A stretch of DNA of 64,000 bases from Candidatus Poribacteria bacterium. GTDB lineage: Bacteria; Poribacteria; WGA-4E; WGA-3G. The stretch spans positions 1,888,744 through 1,952,743 of the forward strand of contig CBDBFT010000001.1 in assembly GCA_965205065.1 (NCBI GenBank), written 5' to 3'. The notes beneath the pieces are model-generated. The model worked only from the letters and a program-made list of their open reading frames with translations, did not search any database and was not told the DNA's origin. Position numbers and translations under genes: made by a program. This document shows positions 10,256-20,975 of the stretch, in pieces (positions within the stretch are counted from its first letter, which is position 1; each line of letters opens with the position of its first letter).

Positions 10256-10388
10256 ATGAAGATTAAATAAATAATGATTAAATAAATAATCAGGTAATTC
10301 TACTGATATGACTCATCGTAGGAGTAAGGTTTCGTAGGGGCGGGGTTTCCCCGCCCGCGTATTACCCAATTAATAACTTAATCTTCAT
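10256..10388 (+). mobile_element. MITE with ATGAAGATTAA/TTAATCTTCAT ends, inserted in a hairpin loop with 1-bp duplication
   Basis: 11-bp TIR; flanks GCACTCCGC | CTGGAGTGC; near-identical copies at 18174 and 59895; internal 15-bp duplication. Confidence 0.85.
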
Positions 10389-11012
10389 CTGGAGTGCAGC
10401 CGGTTGACAATCCATTTTCTATAGACATAATGCTCCGCTGGAGCAAGGGTTCAGCGATCCTTTTTCTTAAGTGACAAGATCTTTACACATCAAGGGACAG
10501 AATCTTTATACACCCGGTTTAGACATCTTCTATCCTATCCTTCTGATAAGCACCAAATGTCTCTTATCTTGGAAATCCTATAAATCCTGCAAATCCTGGT
10601 TCAGACAAACAAGCATATAATCACACATAGATGCAAAACCTAATCTGAAACTCCCAGAACACAGAAAACATAATCCGCGTAATCCGTGAAATCCGCGAAA
10701 ATCCGTGATTCTGACAAGATAAGAATCCTTAAGACAATTGAGAAATTGCCTTATAGTCAAGTCACCCGTAATGAACTCTTAGCGCGTTTACTTTCGGAAA
10801 TTAATTTAGATGATGATGTAGGAAGTCAAGTGAATCGGAGACACTTTTTAGAGGGGTGAGGTGAAGGTGTCGGTATTATCCTGAACGAAAGTGAACAATT
10901 GAGTGGAAAGATACCTGAATACGAACTACACAACGATGAATTGTGCCTAACAATTTTTGCAGCAAAATCTCTCCAAGAGGACTCCGAATAACATCAAATC
11001 ATCTAATATCCC

Positions 11013-11612
11013 CCTTCCAACCTTCCATCCTTCCAACCTTCCATCCTTCCAACCTTCCATCCTTCCATCCTTCCAACCTTCCATCCTTCCATCCTTCCAA
11101 CCTTCCATCCTTCCATCCTTCCATCCTTCCAACCTTCCAACCTTCCATCCTTCCAACCTTCCAACCTTCCAACCTTCCAACCTTCCAACCTTCCATCCTT
11201 CCAACCTTCCATCCTTCCAACCTTCCATCCTTCCAACCTTCCAACCTTCCAACCTTCCAACCTTCCAACCTTCCATCCTTCCATCCTTCCATCCTTCCAA
11301 CCTTCCATCCTTCCAACCTTCCATCCTTCCAACCTTCCATCCTTCCATCCTTCCATCCTTCCATCCTTCCATCCTTCCATCCTTCCAACCTTCCATCCTT
11401 CCATCCTTCCAACCTTCCAACCTTCCATCCTTCCATCCTTCCAACCTTCCATCCTTCCATCCTTCCATCCTTCCAACCTTCCATCCTTCCAACCTTCCAT
11501 CCTTCCATCCTTCCAACCTTCCAACCTTCCATCCTTCCATCCTTCCATCCTTCCAACCTTCCATCCTTCCATCCTTCCATCCTTCCATCCTTCCAACCTT
11601 CCATCCTTCCAT
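11013..11612 (+). repeat. Octanucleotide tandem array (CCTTCCAW) x75
   Basis: 600 bp in unbroken 8-bp register, built from two unit types, CCTTCCAA and CCTTCCAT. Confidence 0.97.
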
Positions 11613-12583
11613 CCTTTCCCTTTTCCATTCTTCCCCACTTCCAACCTTCCATTCATCTCCCCATCCGCGTAATCCACGATTTATTTTTTAACTTTATATC
11701 TATACTTAAATATGTTACAATAGATATATGTTATATATTTACTTGCGATATGTTTATGAATTAAGGTGTTGAGAATGCTATTATACACAATGTAAAAATT
11801 ACAGGATTTCCCAGTTAAATGCGATCAACTCAATGCTACCTTCAGAGGGACTATTACAGAAAGTTAAACCTTCAGAAAAGAATACCATTCAATGTCAGCA
11901 GAAAACAAATTTTTTAAGATCCGATTTTAACCCTTATGCAACCATACAGATACTGCTCTAAACGCCAATTTACCAATGTTACGAATTGTACGAAATTCGT
12001 AACATTTTTAAGAAGGGCATTTACTATTAAGTTAAAAGAAAGACATAATGAATTTGCAGTAACTGGATACATCAAGCAGAAGACAAAATTAGCAGAGAGA
12101 GGAAAAGATTTGTAGAAGTATTTGAAGATGACAAGGATGAATGTGCTACAGCAGTATCAAAATGGATGGTGTAGGGTGAAGGGGAGTGAGGGATGAAGGT
12201 GTATGGAGGAAGATAGCACAATCAAGGATGAATGTGCTACAGATATATCAAAATGGATGGTGTAGGGTGAAGGGTAATGATGGATGAAAGGGATGGGAGG
12301 AAGGTTGGAAGAAAAGAAGAGGGAAGGATGGAAGGTTAGAGGGTTGTATGGGTGGAAGAAAGAAGCACAATCTAACAGAGCAAGTACTACCTAATCAAGA
12401 CTTGTGCAAAAACTTTACACACCCATTCATCAATACTTGCATTAAATCTGCATATATGGTAAATTAACATTAATTAAAATACATTCCGCTAATAGCGTTA
12501 GTGGATAATTTTACAAGTGAGGTCTCAAAATATGGAGACTCATCACTATCAAATTATGTTTCATAATATTTAGGAGAACAATA

Positions 12584-13357
12584 ATGAAGAAAGCAATCTG
12601 TTTATTTTCCATTCTGCTCATGTCTGTTTGTACAGTAAGTTTCGTTTCAGCTGCGAACCTACAGAGCGATGAATTCAATGGAAGTGGACAAGATGTGTCA
12701 TCCTTTTGGAATATCCAGAACGGTGACAAAAGCAATTGGGAATTAAAAGATGGTATGTTGGTCGTAGAAGCAGGTTTCAATCAGAACGTCTGGGGAAATG
12801 ATGACAGTACACGTTATTCACAGACCGTTGACCAAGATGAGTTTGATATCGAAACCTCTCTGATAGCTGACTACGCCGATGGTTCTATCGTCACAGGTCT
12901 CATCGTCTATTCCGCTGGAACAAAGGATAGCCAAGATCGTGATGGGGAATGGGTAACCTTAAAGTTATGGGGACGCGGGGCTGCCCAAGGGAACAACGCC
13001 GTTCTACAATATCAACGGCGTCAAAACGATGCTGCTGCATTAGGATATGTCGGCATACAACCAAATTACAATCCAGCGCAAGGCGTTCTTCCTATAGAAA
13101 TGCGCCTTAAACGTGAAGGTAATGTGTATGAATCTTGGTTCAAACCCAATGCTGAAGGTGATTGGATCCCTGTCGGAAAAGTAACCAATGAACTACAAGA
13201 ACCTCTTGAAGTCGGCATTTATGCAGGTGTCGCAGATGGTGGTCCTCCAGGACGATTGACGGTCAGTTTTGACTACTTCCGTGAAGCATCCGCTCCAACA
13301 CCGGTCGACCCACAAGATAGGTTAACTGTTACTTGGGGTGAACTAAAGGATAGATAA
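12584..13357 (+). CDS. Secreted protein with concanavalin A-like beta-sandwich and C-terminal PVDPQDRLTVTWGELK tail
   Basis: Signal peptide; SDEFNG start; MRLKREGNVYESWF...W...LEVGIYA...SFDYFR; AGGAG RBS. Confidence 0.75.
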   Translation: MKKAICLFSILLMSVCTVSFVSAANLQSDEFNGSGQDVSSFWNIQNGDKSNWELKDGMLVVEAGFNQNVWGNDDSTRYSQTVDQDEFDIETSLIADYADGSIVTGLIVYSAGTKDSQDRDGEWVTLKLWGRGAAQGNNAVLQYQRRQNDAAALGYVGIQPNYNPAQGVLPIEMRLKREGNVYESWFKPNAEGDWIPVGKVTNELQEPLEVGIYAGVADGGPPGRLTVSFDYFREASAPTPVDPQDRLTVTWGELKDR

Positions 13358-13450
13358 TTACGCATTTATATTCTACGGTAGTTGGTGGTATTTCATGCCA
13401 TCAACTACTTAGTAGGATCTCTGCTCTTACAATGTAGGAATCAATCTGGA

Positions 13451-14335
13451 ATGCGGTATATTATAGGTCTACTGCTCGTGATAGCATGTACCACTGTTTG
13501 CTATAATGTCAGTTTCGCAGATTTAGATACAGAAGCAAAAAAAACACGCTCCACCATTGAATGGATCACTGTTCCAGAAGGTGAATTCCTGATGGGATCA
13601 ACAAAAGCACAAGCAGATATCGCATACACAGACGCAAAATTACGCAGCTCGCTACTTGAAAAACACACCTTTGACGCTGAAACGCCACAACACACCGTCT
13701 ATCTCTCAGCCTTCCAAATCTCACGATACGAAATCACGAATGCACAATACCGTACTTTTATCAATGCAACCGGTCGTCCCCCACCACGTGGACATAATGG
13801 TGAAGAAACTTGGAAAACGGAAGATTTCAACGGTGATAAACAACCTGTGGTCGGTGTAACGTGGTTTGATGCACAAGCTTTTGCCGAATGGATCGGTGGA
13901 AGTCTACCAACAGAAGCACAATGGGAACGAGCCGCACGAGGAACACAAGCTCGTATGTACCCGTGGGGTAATGCGCCGCCAAAAGCACGACAGCACGCAA
14001 ATTTTGCTCGCAGATATAATAAAACCACACCTGTAGGACAATTTTCAGAAGGTTACTCTCCCAACGGAATTGCCGACCTTGCGGGCAACGTCTGGGAATG
14101 GTGTCTTGATGAATATGACCCCGCTCTCTATAGACAAGATAGCAACAAGACAAGACTTAATCCGCTAAACCTACGCTTTCGGGATGTGCTACGAGCAAGA
14201 GTCATTCGGGGTGGGGCATGGGACGTTGGCAGTGCCTTCTTACGTTCAAGCTTACGTTTCAAGTATTATCCTCTGGATTCAACACACACAATTGGATTTC
14301 GTGTCGTGCGTCCGAGTCCAGAAATCAAGAAATAG
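13451..14335 (+). CDS. Formylglycine-generating enzyme family (FGE-sulfatase/SUMF1 domain) protein
   Basis: FLMGS, E.PQH.V, YEITNAQY, PVVGVTWFDA, LPTEAQWERAARG, DLAGNVWEW, RGGAW, IGFRVV. Confidence 0.9.
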   Translation: MRYIIGLLLVIACTTVCYNVSFADLDTEAKKTRSTIEWITVPEGEFLMGSTKAQADIAYTDAKLRSSLLEKHTFDAETPQHTVYLSAFQISRYEITNAQYRTFINATGRPPPRGHNGEETWKTEDFNGDKQPVVGVTWFDAQAFAEWIGGSLPTEAQWERAARGTQARMYPWGNAPPKARQHANFARRYNKTTPVGQFSEGYSPNGIADLAGNVWEWCLDEYDPALYRQDSNKTRLNPLNLRFRDVLRARVIRGGAWDVGSAFLRSSLRFKYYPLDSTHTIGFRVVRPSPEIKK

Positions 14336-14777
14336 CGAGTTCACAATACAGTATATCTCCTAATTCCGGCGCGCTCTATAGATAACACTAATCAAGTACC
14401 CCCCTATAGGTGTTCCGACGAGACAACCCCCCAATTAACTGACAAGCTAACAGAATAAAAAAAACGAAACGTGTTGAGAAAATCAAATATTTTATAGTAT
14501 TCATGCGTGTCTCCATTTCAATGACTTTTGTTAGCTGCGTGTTTGTAAACGTTCCAATTGTTCTCGGTATTATATCTGAGAATTGATAAGAATAGCAAGC
14601 ACTTTTATGTTCTGATTTTTGAATGAATCACGACATGCGCGAAATTTGATAGCATTAAAACATTAGTAAGAGAGTTTATAGATGAGGTGATAAAGGACTT
14701 TCCAGTTCGTCATCCAGAACAACGGAATGTGGTTACCAACATCACATATCCGGATGCAATTCCAAAGGTTGAAGTCC

Positions 14778-16130
14778 CTAATAGCCAAGACCAGGACCCG
14801 TAAGAATCTGTGTGCCAACAGTACCGTCGGTAATATTAAAAATAGAAGGATATTCTTCGCGCCAACCGTCATTTGCCCCAGGACAGAATTGACGTGCATT
14901 CCCTTCAATAGCGGTGACACCCCGAATGTGTGATGCCAATCCTGCTGATTGTAAAAATGAAGCACCAGGACATGTCAAGTCTTGGACAGCAAGGAACATG
15001 CCGAATTCTTGGGCAGCCGCACCCATCAGTAAGGCTTGGGATTGACCTTTGCACGCCTTAATGGCAACACCAGAATACCCCTGATCACGCGCAAGCATAA
15101 ACGTATCATAACCGGTCAGAGATTCATCAATTACCACAGGTTTAATCTCGGCGGCTTTGTGCATCTTATTTTCTGGATGTGCTTCTAAATCACGATCAGT
15201 CGGTTGTTCAATATAAGCGAGTCTATCAAATGCTTGTCCCCCCTCCTCATGGATACGATTCAGAAATTCCAGTAAGTATTCTACATTCTCACATGTTTCA
15301 TTAAAATCCGCAGAATAGTGCCACATCTTAACACCACGGCTTGCTTGTGTTTCTGCAGTAATTCTGTCAATAGCAAGAACTCGTGCCACATCCCATTCCA
15401 AGTCGTTCCCGTTCAACTTTATTTTTAGATGTGTCAACCCATCAGTAGCAATCCATTCTGACAACGTTTCTGGCAACCCATCATTAAGGCGAGAGCTTAT
15501 ATCTGCATCCGTGAGTGGATCCAAAGCTCCTATTAGGTGATAAAGGGGCATATCCGGTTTCGGATGTCGGGTTGTATATTGATCAAGATACTTCCCTGAA
15601 AAACTACTATCCAGAAAATGTCCGAGGTCAGTAGTAACATAATCCTCGTCCAAACCGTTGTAGATTTTGATACCGTTTGCCTTACCAAATCCATCATGTA
15701 TTGCGGCGTCAATGGGACTTGTCGTTACGGCGGTACACAGTTTCGGTATCGGTGTAGATAGTTCCATTCTTTCCGATAGACCTTCAGCAAGTAGTAAGAA
15801 TTCAGACTCAAGCACTTCTGATAGTTCCAGAGGATGTGCACACACATTACAATTACGCGTAGATTTAACTGCTAAGTCCGCAAGATCCTTCATAGCAGCG
15901 AGACTTTGATCAAATGGAACATATTTTGGCGGAAATGCCCATACATTTCCAAGCGGCATTGAACCGTATCCTATGGCTTCTTTACCCCCTAATGTTTGAA
16001 CATTTATCTGAACGTTAAAGAGTATACAGTGATCTGTCGGCACGCCACCGAATTTTAGTGGTGTTCTGTATCGGTGTTCCTCAAAATCATACTGGACGTC
16101 AATGATACGAATATCTGTCGGTTTTGGCAT
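14778..16130 (-). CDS. Enolase/mandelate racemase superfamily protein
   Basis: YRTPLKFGG, LKIKL, ADFNE, YIEQP, IDES, K.CKG. Confidence 0.8.
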   Translation of the reverse strand: MPKPTDIRIIDVQYDFEEHRYRTPLKFGGVPTDHCILFNVQINVQTLGGKEAIGYGSMPLGNVWAFPPKYVPFDQSLAAMKDLADLAVKSTRNCNVCAHPLELSEVLESEFLLLAEGLSERMELSTPIPKLCTAVTTSPIDAAIHDGFGKANGIKIYNGLDEDYVTTDLGHFLDSSFSGKYLDQYTTRHPKPDMPLYHLIGALDPLTDADISSRLNDGLPETLSEWIATDGLTHLKIKLNGNDLEWDVARVLAIDRITAETQASRGVKMWHYSADFNETCENVEYLLEFLNRIHEEGGQAFDRLAYIEQPTDRDLEAHPENKMHKAAEIKPVVIDESLTGYDTFMLARDQGYSGVAIKACKGQSQALLMGAAAQEFGMFLAVQDLTCPGASFLQSAGLASHIRGVTAIEGNARQFCPGANDGWREEYPSIFNITDGTVGTQILTGPGLGY

Positions 16131-16254
16131 GTTATTTTTGTTTCCAGATAAAAGGTGAAAGATCATAGGTCAGGTAATGCGTAAAGTAGCAAACTTGATG
16201 TGCCATTCATTACTTTACACATCTTTTACCTAACCTACAATCTATTGTCTTAAG

Positions 16255-17427
16255 TTAAGAACCGATCCCTATGTGATCATTTATCTCTTTCTGATAGCCT
16301 TCCAATTCGCAGCTCTCAATCTCTGCTATAGTTACCGGTCGACCAAAGTAGCCGGATTCGTAGGCTGCCATACAAATTGCCTCAGATTTCATACCTTCCA
16401 CAGCATCCACCTCAGGTTTTCCACCTGTTCTGATTGCATCTGCAAAGTATTTAAGCTCTATTGCGACGGTATTACCGATACCTGAAGGAAAGAAATATTC
16501 CTTTTCATCATCGCTTAGGCTATCGGTGAATTCCTTCTGTAGGTCATCGTTTGAAATGGGTTCACCACCGCGTGGCACTAAACCTCTACCCCAATCAAGT
16601 GCACCTTCACTACCGTAGATAGTCTTCGTGCCGAAACCGTGAGCAGGCGCGGAACCGACCCAGGTCCACTGCGCTGTAACACCCTGTTCAAACTTAATCG
16701 TTGATATCATTGCGTCTTCTACATCAACGGAATATCCACCTTCACGGGCACCAGCATTGTCATAACGGAAGGGTTCATAAGCTTTATTAATGGCATAAAC
16801 CTCCTCTGCTTCCAAACCGAGTATATAGCGCATCAGATCGGTAAAATGTACGCCACCATCTAATGCCCAACCCCCACCTGCATCCATTTTGAAGTTACGC
16901 CAACCCCATTTCCCTAATGCCTCACCAACTTCAATCCAGAAAAACATGCGGGGTTCACCGATGCGACCTTGTGCTATCACCCAACTACGGGTCCGTTCCA
17001 TACGACTCAAACGATAGTTCTCTGCAACAGAAATGATCCTATCGTTCTTTTCAGCTGCATCCATCATCAACTTGCAAGCACGCATTGTGATCCCGAAAGG
17101 TTTTTCAATGATCACATGTTTACCTGCCTCAAGTGCTGGTACCGCAAGAACATGGTGTGCACTATGCAATGCACAGATATCTACACAGTCCAAATCAGGG
17201 TGCTTATCAAGCATTTCATCAATCTCGGTGTAAACTGCAGGTTTTGTTCCACCTTGGAACTCATGCGCCTGATTTGCACGTGCTTCCGCTCTGCCTTTAT
17301 CTATATCACATGCAGCGATAATATCAAAATCTCTAATTTCTTTCGACCATAATTCTTTGTAACCGTTCATGTGGGCACCGGACATACCACCGCATCCGAC
17401 CAGTCCCATTTTTATTCTGTCTGCCAT
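16255..17427 (-). CDS. Gfo/Idh/MocA family oxidoreductase
   Basis: GLVGCGGMS, AGKHVIIEKP, VAENYR, GGGWALDGGVHFTD; AGGAGG RBS. Confidence 0.9.
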   Translation of the reverse strand: MADRIKMGLVGCGGMSGAHMNGYKELWSKEIRDFDIIAACDIDKGRAEARANQAHEFQGGTKPAVYTEIDEMLDKHPDLDCVDICALHSAHHVLAVPALEAGKHVIIEKPFGITMRACKLMMDAAEKNDRIISVAENYRLSRMERTRSWVIAQGRIGEPRMFFWIEVGEALGKWGWRNFKMDAGGGWALDGGVHFTDLMRYILGLEAEEVYAINKAYEPFRYDNAGAREGGYSVDVEDAMISTIKFEQGVTAQWTWVGSAPAHGFGTKTIYGSEGALDWGRGLVPRGGEPISNDDLQKEFTDSLSDDEKEYFFPSGIGNTVAIELKYFADAIRTGGKPEVDAVEGMKSEAICMAAYESGYFGRPVTIAEIESCELEGYQKEINDHIGIGS

Positions 17428-17623
17428 GAATGCCTCCTTAGGCAATTGTAAATACTTATGAAAAGACGGTATTTATCTCTAATTCATCAAACTATGTCCC
17501 TAAACACCATTATTTACGAATTCCAGTGTTAGTTCTCATACAGGGAGATAATCTAAAAGGAATTGTATAGAATTTTTGTTTGGATGTCAACTGTTTTAAA
17601 ATAATTGTCAGTTTCCTTACGCC

Positions 17624-17991
17624 ATGCCTACCGCAACAGGTGACCGCATCGTGATTGACGGTGCTGCCTTAAACGAATACGGAATCCCCATCGCCTATTG
17701 GGAAGCGAAAGATATTGATGACGAACGCAGTTGGTATACAACGATTTTCTCACAATAGACGGTATTCCCGCGGAAACGTTTGACTATCGCCTCGGCACAC
17801 GTTCTGCATTGGAGTGGATAATAGATCAGTATCGCATTAAGACTGACAAACGCAGCGGTATTGTCAACGATCCGAACCGTGCAGATCAGCCACGATATAT
17901 TGTGGATTTGATTGGACAGGTTATTAGTGTGAGTTTGCAGACAGTTGAGATTGTAGAGTCATTGCCAGACCTGGTAGGTACGGTTTCCTAA
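17624..17991 (+). pseudogene. Collapsed remnant of a Type ISP/IIG-like restriction-modification enzyme
   Basis: N-terminal nuclease-like piece IDGA...PIAYWEAKD fused out of frame to the C-terminal specificity tail (GIP.E.FDYRLG.RSALEWIIDQY..KTDKRSGIVNDPN). Confidence 0.7.
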
Positions 17992-18079
17992 CCAATGCAG
18001 AATACCAAACGCGTATTCTGCCATACCCATAAGCGTCAATTTATTGCCACTATAAGATTCAATTTTGGGATTTCATAAG

Positions 18080-18173
18080 CTCTTAATAGTAGTAGGCACT
18101 CTCCGAGTGCCGTCTCTTTAATAGTAGTAGGCACTCTCCGAGTGCCGTCTCTTTAATAGTAGTAGGCACTCTC
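18080..18173 (+). repeat. REP-like family A array, two full copies plus one interrupted
   Basis: 35-bp units; the third is cut after GGCACTCTC by the MITE. Confidence 0.9.
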
Positions 18174-18268
18174 ATGAAGATTAAATAAATAATCAGGTAA
18201 TTCTACTGATATGACTCATCGTAGGAGTAAGGTTTCGTAGGGGCGGGGTTTCCCCGCCCGCGTATTAC
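18174..18268 (+). mobile_element. ATGAAG-type MITE with right end deleted
   Basis: Matches the 10256/59895 element up to ...GCGTATTAC, then resumes in the REP tail TGTCTCTTA. Confidence 0.8.
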
Positions 18269-18310
18269 TGTCTCTTATGAAAAAAGGTGACAAAAACTTT
18301 ACACATCCTA

Positions 18311-18339
18311 TTGACACAAATCCTATTTTCAATTACAAT
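18311..18339 (+). promoter_or_regulatory. Sigma70-type promoter
   Basis: TTGACA-17 bp-TACAAT upstream of the gene at 18410. Confidence 0.65.
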
Positions 18340-18409
18340 TAATAAAAATTAACATATGTCTATATATCGTTACCGCAGTTAATAACCAACAGTACGCAAG
18401 GAGATTACA

Positions 18410-19057
18410 ATGTCAAATATACTCGTACTATCAGGTGAAAACCACCGTTTCAATGCAAGTGCAAGTGTTATCCACAGTTTTCTTGATGAAGACGCTGAAA
18501 TAAACGCAACCCTCACGGATGACAAGGACATATTAGCTTCAAACGATCTCAATTCCTACGATGCATGTGTCTTCGGAACCGGTTTCACACGCTCCGAACG
18601 ACAAGATGATGGCACTTCCAAACGGGTACCAGATTTAACACCAACACAAGAAGATGGACTGTTCCAATTCGTTGAGAACGGTAAAGGATTAGTGGGTATA
18701 CACGGGACAGCATGGTGGATTGGAGGAAAAGCAGTTGATCTTATCGGTGGACATTCAAACTGGCATCCCCCCGGTTCTACCTTCACTGTACGTATTGAAG
18801 ATACAGAGCATCCAACAACACAAGGCGTCTCCGACTTTGACGTTGAAGATGAAATCTACATCTCAGCCTATGACCCATATATACACATCTTGGCATCAGC
18901 AGAATGGTTCGGAAGAGCACATCCAATGGCTTGGGTTAAAACTTACGGCTCAGGACGCGTCTTTTACACTACGTTGGGACACGGACCAGGAACATTCGAA
19001 CGATCCGGAATGCAGAAATTCCTTACACAAGGTGTGAGATGGGCAGCGAATTCCTAA
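18410..19057 (+). CDS. ThuA-like domain protein
   Basis: FVENGKGLVGIHG, HP.T.G..DF.VEDEIY, PMAWVK.YG.GRVFYTTLGH. Confidence 0.85.
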   Translation: MSNILVLSGENHRFNASASVIHSFLDEDAEINATLTDDKDILASNDLNSYDACVFGTGFTRSERQDDGTSKRVPDLTPTQEDGLFQFVENGKGLVGIHGTAWWIGGKAVDLIGGHSNWHPPGSTFTVRIEDTEHPTTQGVSDFDVEDEIYISAYDPYIHILASAEWFGRAHPMAWVKTYGSGRVFYTTLGHGPGTFERSGMQKFLTQGVRWAANS

Positions 19058-19079
19058 CAGAAGCATATTCAGAAACATA

Positions 19080-20177
19080 ATGGCAGATATGCACACATTG
19101 AAAATAAAATCGATAGATACCGAGACCGTTCATGTAAATCACCGTGGCAACTGGATTTTCGTTAGCATACTTGCAGAAGATGGGACAACCGGTATCGGTG
19201 AAGCATCACACGGTAGAGATGATGCACGCATAACGGAGCTTATTGAATACCTAAAACCATCACTCATCGGATTAAACGTGTTTGACATAGAATCATACCG
19301 ACACCGTTTCTTCCGTGACAGTGAAGGACACACCTATCATACTGCTGTCAGCGGTATTGAACACGCATTGTGGGATATTGCTGGCAAGGCTATAGGTGTT
19401 CCGATTTATCAATTGCTGGGAGGGAAGTGTCGTAATCGGATCCGGTTATATGCGAACATAAACCGTGCCACGTTAGATCGTAGTCCTCAAGGATTCGCAA
19501 TTAATGCTGAGAAGGCGCTTGCAGACGGTTTTAGCGCGATAAAATGTGCACCATTTGATGGTGTCTCGGTATCAGATATTACAAAAGGATCCCTTAATGC
19601 CGCTATCAACCTCGGTGTTGACAGGATTCGGGCAGTCCGATCCGCAATCGGACCAGATGTTGACCTCATGGTTGATTGTCATAGCCGGTTTAATGTTGGG
19701 CTTTTCATTCAGACAGCAAAGGCGTTAGATGACCTGAATCTCTTCTGGATTGAAGACCCTGTACCGTTGACTGACCTTGAAGCAGTTGCACATGTGAGTC
19801 AGGCAACATCTATGCCGATTGCAACAGGAGAACGACTTCGGACACTGACAGATTTTGAGAGATTACTAAAGCACGGACGTGTTGACTACATATTGCCAGA
19901 TGTCAAACATGTCGGTGGGGTGTTGGGGTTGAAGAAGATCGCAACGCTGGCAGAAACGACGAATGTTAAAGTAACACCACATAATCCAAGTGGTCCTGTC
20001 GCCACAGCTGCGAGTGTCCAATGTATGGCAAGTATACAGAACTTCGGTATCCTTGAATACGCATGGGGTGAAGTCGATTGGCGTAGTCAACTGATTGACC
20101 CGCCTGAGAAAATTACCGAAGGTTTCATTGAACTCTCTACGAGAACCGGTTTAGGAATAGCACGTAGTTCTTTGTAG
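19080..20177 (+). CDS. Mandelate racemase family acid-sugar dehydratase (DgoD-like)
   Basis: GIGEA, SGIEHALWDI.GK..GVPIYQLLGG, VDCH, WIEDP, ATGE, PHNPSGP. Confidence 0.85.
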   Translation: MADMHTLKIKSIDTETVHVNHRGNWIFVSILAEDGTTGIGEASHGRDDARITELIEYLKPSLIGLNVFDIESYRHRFFRDSEGHTYHTAVSGIEHALWDIAGKAIGVPIYQLLGGKCRNRIRLYANINRATLDRSPQGFAINAEKALADGFSAIKCAPFDGVSVSDITKGSLNAAINLGVDRIRAVRSAIGPDVDLMVDCHSRFNVGLFIQTAKALDDLNLFWIEDPVPLTDLEAVAHVSQATSMPIATGERLRTLTDFERLLKHGRVDYILPDVKHVGGVLGLKKIATLAETTNVKVTPHNPSGPVATAASVQCMASIQNFGILEYAWGEVDWRSQLIDPPEKITEGFIELSTRTGLGIARSSL

Positions 20178-20201
20178 ACAATCTATTAAGGAGCAAGACT
20201 T

Positions 20202-20969
20202 ATGAGATACATGGCTATTTTTTCATTACTATTCACGGTGTTTATGTACGGATGTTTAGGAAGTCAACAATCTGCAACACAGACCCCTGAGACAGCAACA
20301 CAGACCCCTGAGACAGCAACACAGACCCCTGAAGCAAATGAGTCTCAAGCAATCGCATCCCTTGAACTTTCAACAACCAAAGAATCGTATTCGGCAGAAG
20401 AAGCAATCCCGCTTGAACTCACTGTACAAAACGGAAAGTTCGATCTGCTTGTACCAATTTCCACCGTAACGTCGCTCAGAGCATTCAAACAACTGACTGT
20501 TACAGATAGCAACGGTGAAGTAATAAAGGCAAAAAAAATTATGCCGTTAGGAAATACGCTCAAAACACTCTATAAGGAGGGAAAATCTGTCAGGTGTATT
20601 AAGGGGTTAGATATGAAATCTGAGACATCTCAGAAGGCGACTTTAGACAATTTGCAGACATATTATCAACTCGGAGCGGGTAAGTACAAAGTAAAGTTGA
20701 CGTTGGAATTAGAGGTATACAAAGAGTTCATGCAAGATCAGCATCCAGAAATTATCGCGTTAGAACGCGAAATACTGAAATATCAGAATAGCACGAATCC
20801 GCAGTTTACTCCCGAAGTAAAAAAGGATGCAATTGAATATACGCAAGGACAAATTGATATTATAAAGGAGAAATATAAGGACGAACTGCAGGATATCTAT
20901 CTACCCCTCAAATCACTTAGAGGTAAAGCAACGCTTGAATCTAATGTCATATCTCTAATCGTCGAATAA
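20202..20969 (+). CDS. Putative lipoprotein with (ATQTPET)x3 linker
   Basis: Lipobox-like MYGC; 21-bp tandem repeat at 20274-20332. Confidence 0.7.
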   Translation: MRYMAIFSLLFTVFMYGCLGSQQSATQTPETATQTPETATQTPEANESQAIASLELSTTKESYSAEEAIPLELTVQNGKFDLLVPISTVTSLRAFKQLTVTDSNGEVIKAKKIMPLGNTLKTLYKEGKSVRCIKGLDMKSETSQKATLDNLQTYYQLGAGKYKVKLTLELEVYKEFMQDQHPEIIALEREILKYQNSTNPQFTPEVKKDAIEYTQGQIDIIKEKYKDELQDIYLPLKSLRGKATLESNVISLIVE

Positions 20970-20975
20970 TCCAAG

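Noticed and set aside
10943..11764. Repeat proteins (PSILPTFH / MEGWKDGR ORFs)
   Set aside because: The octamer has no stop codon in any frame, so long ORFs appear on both strands automatically, and no clear RBS is present.
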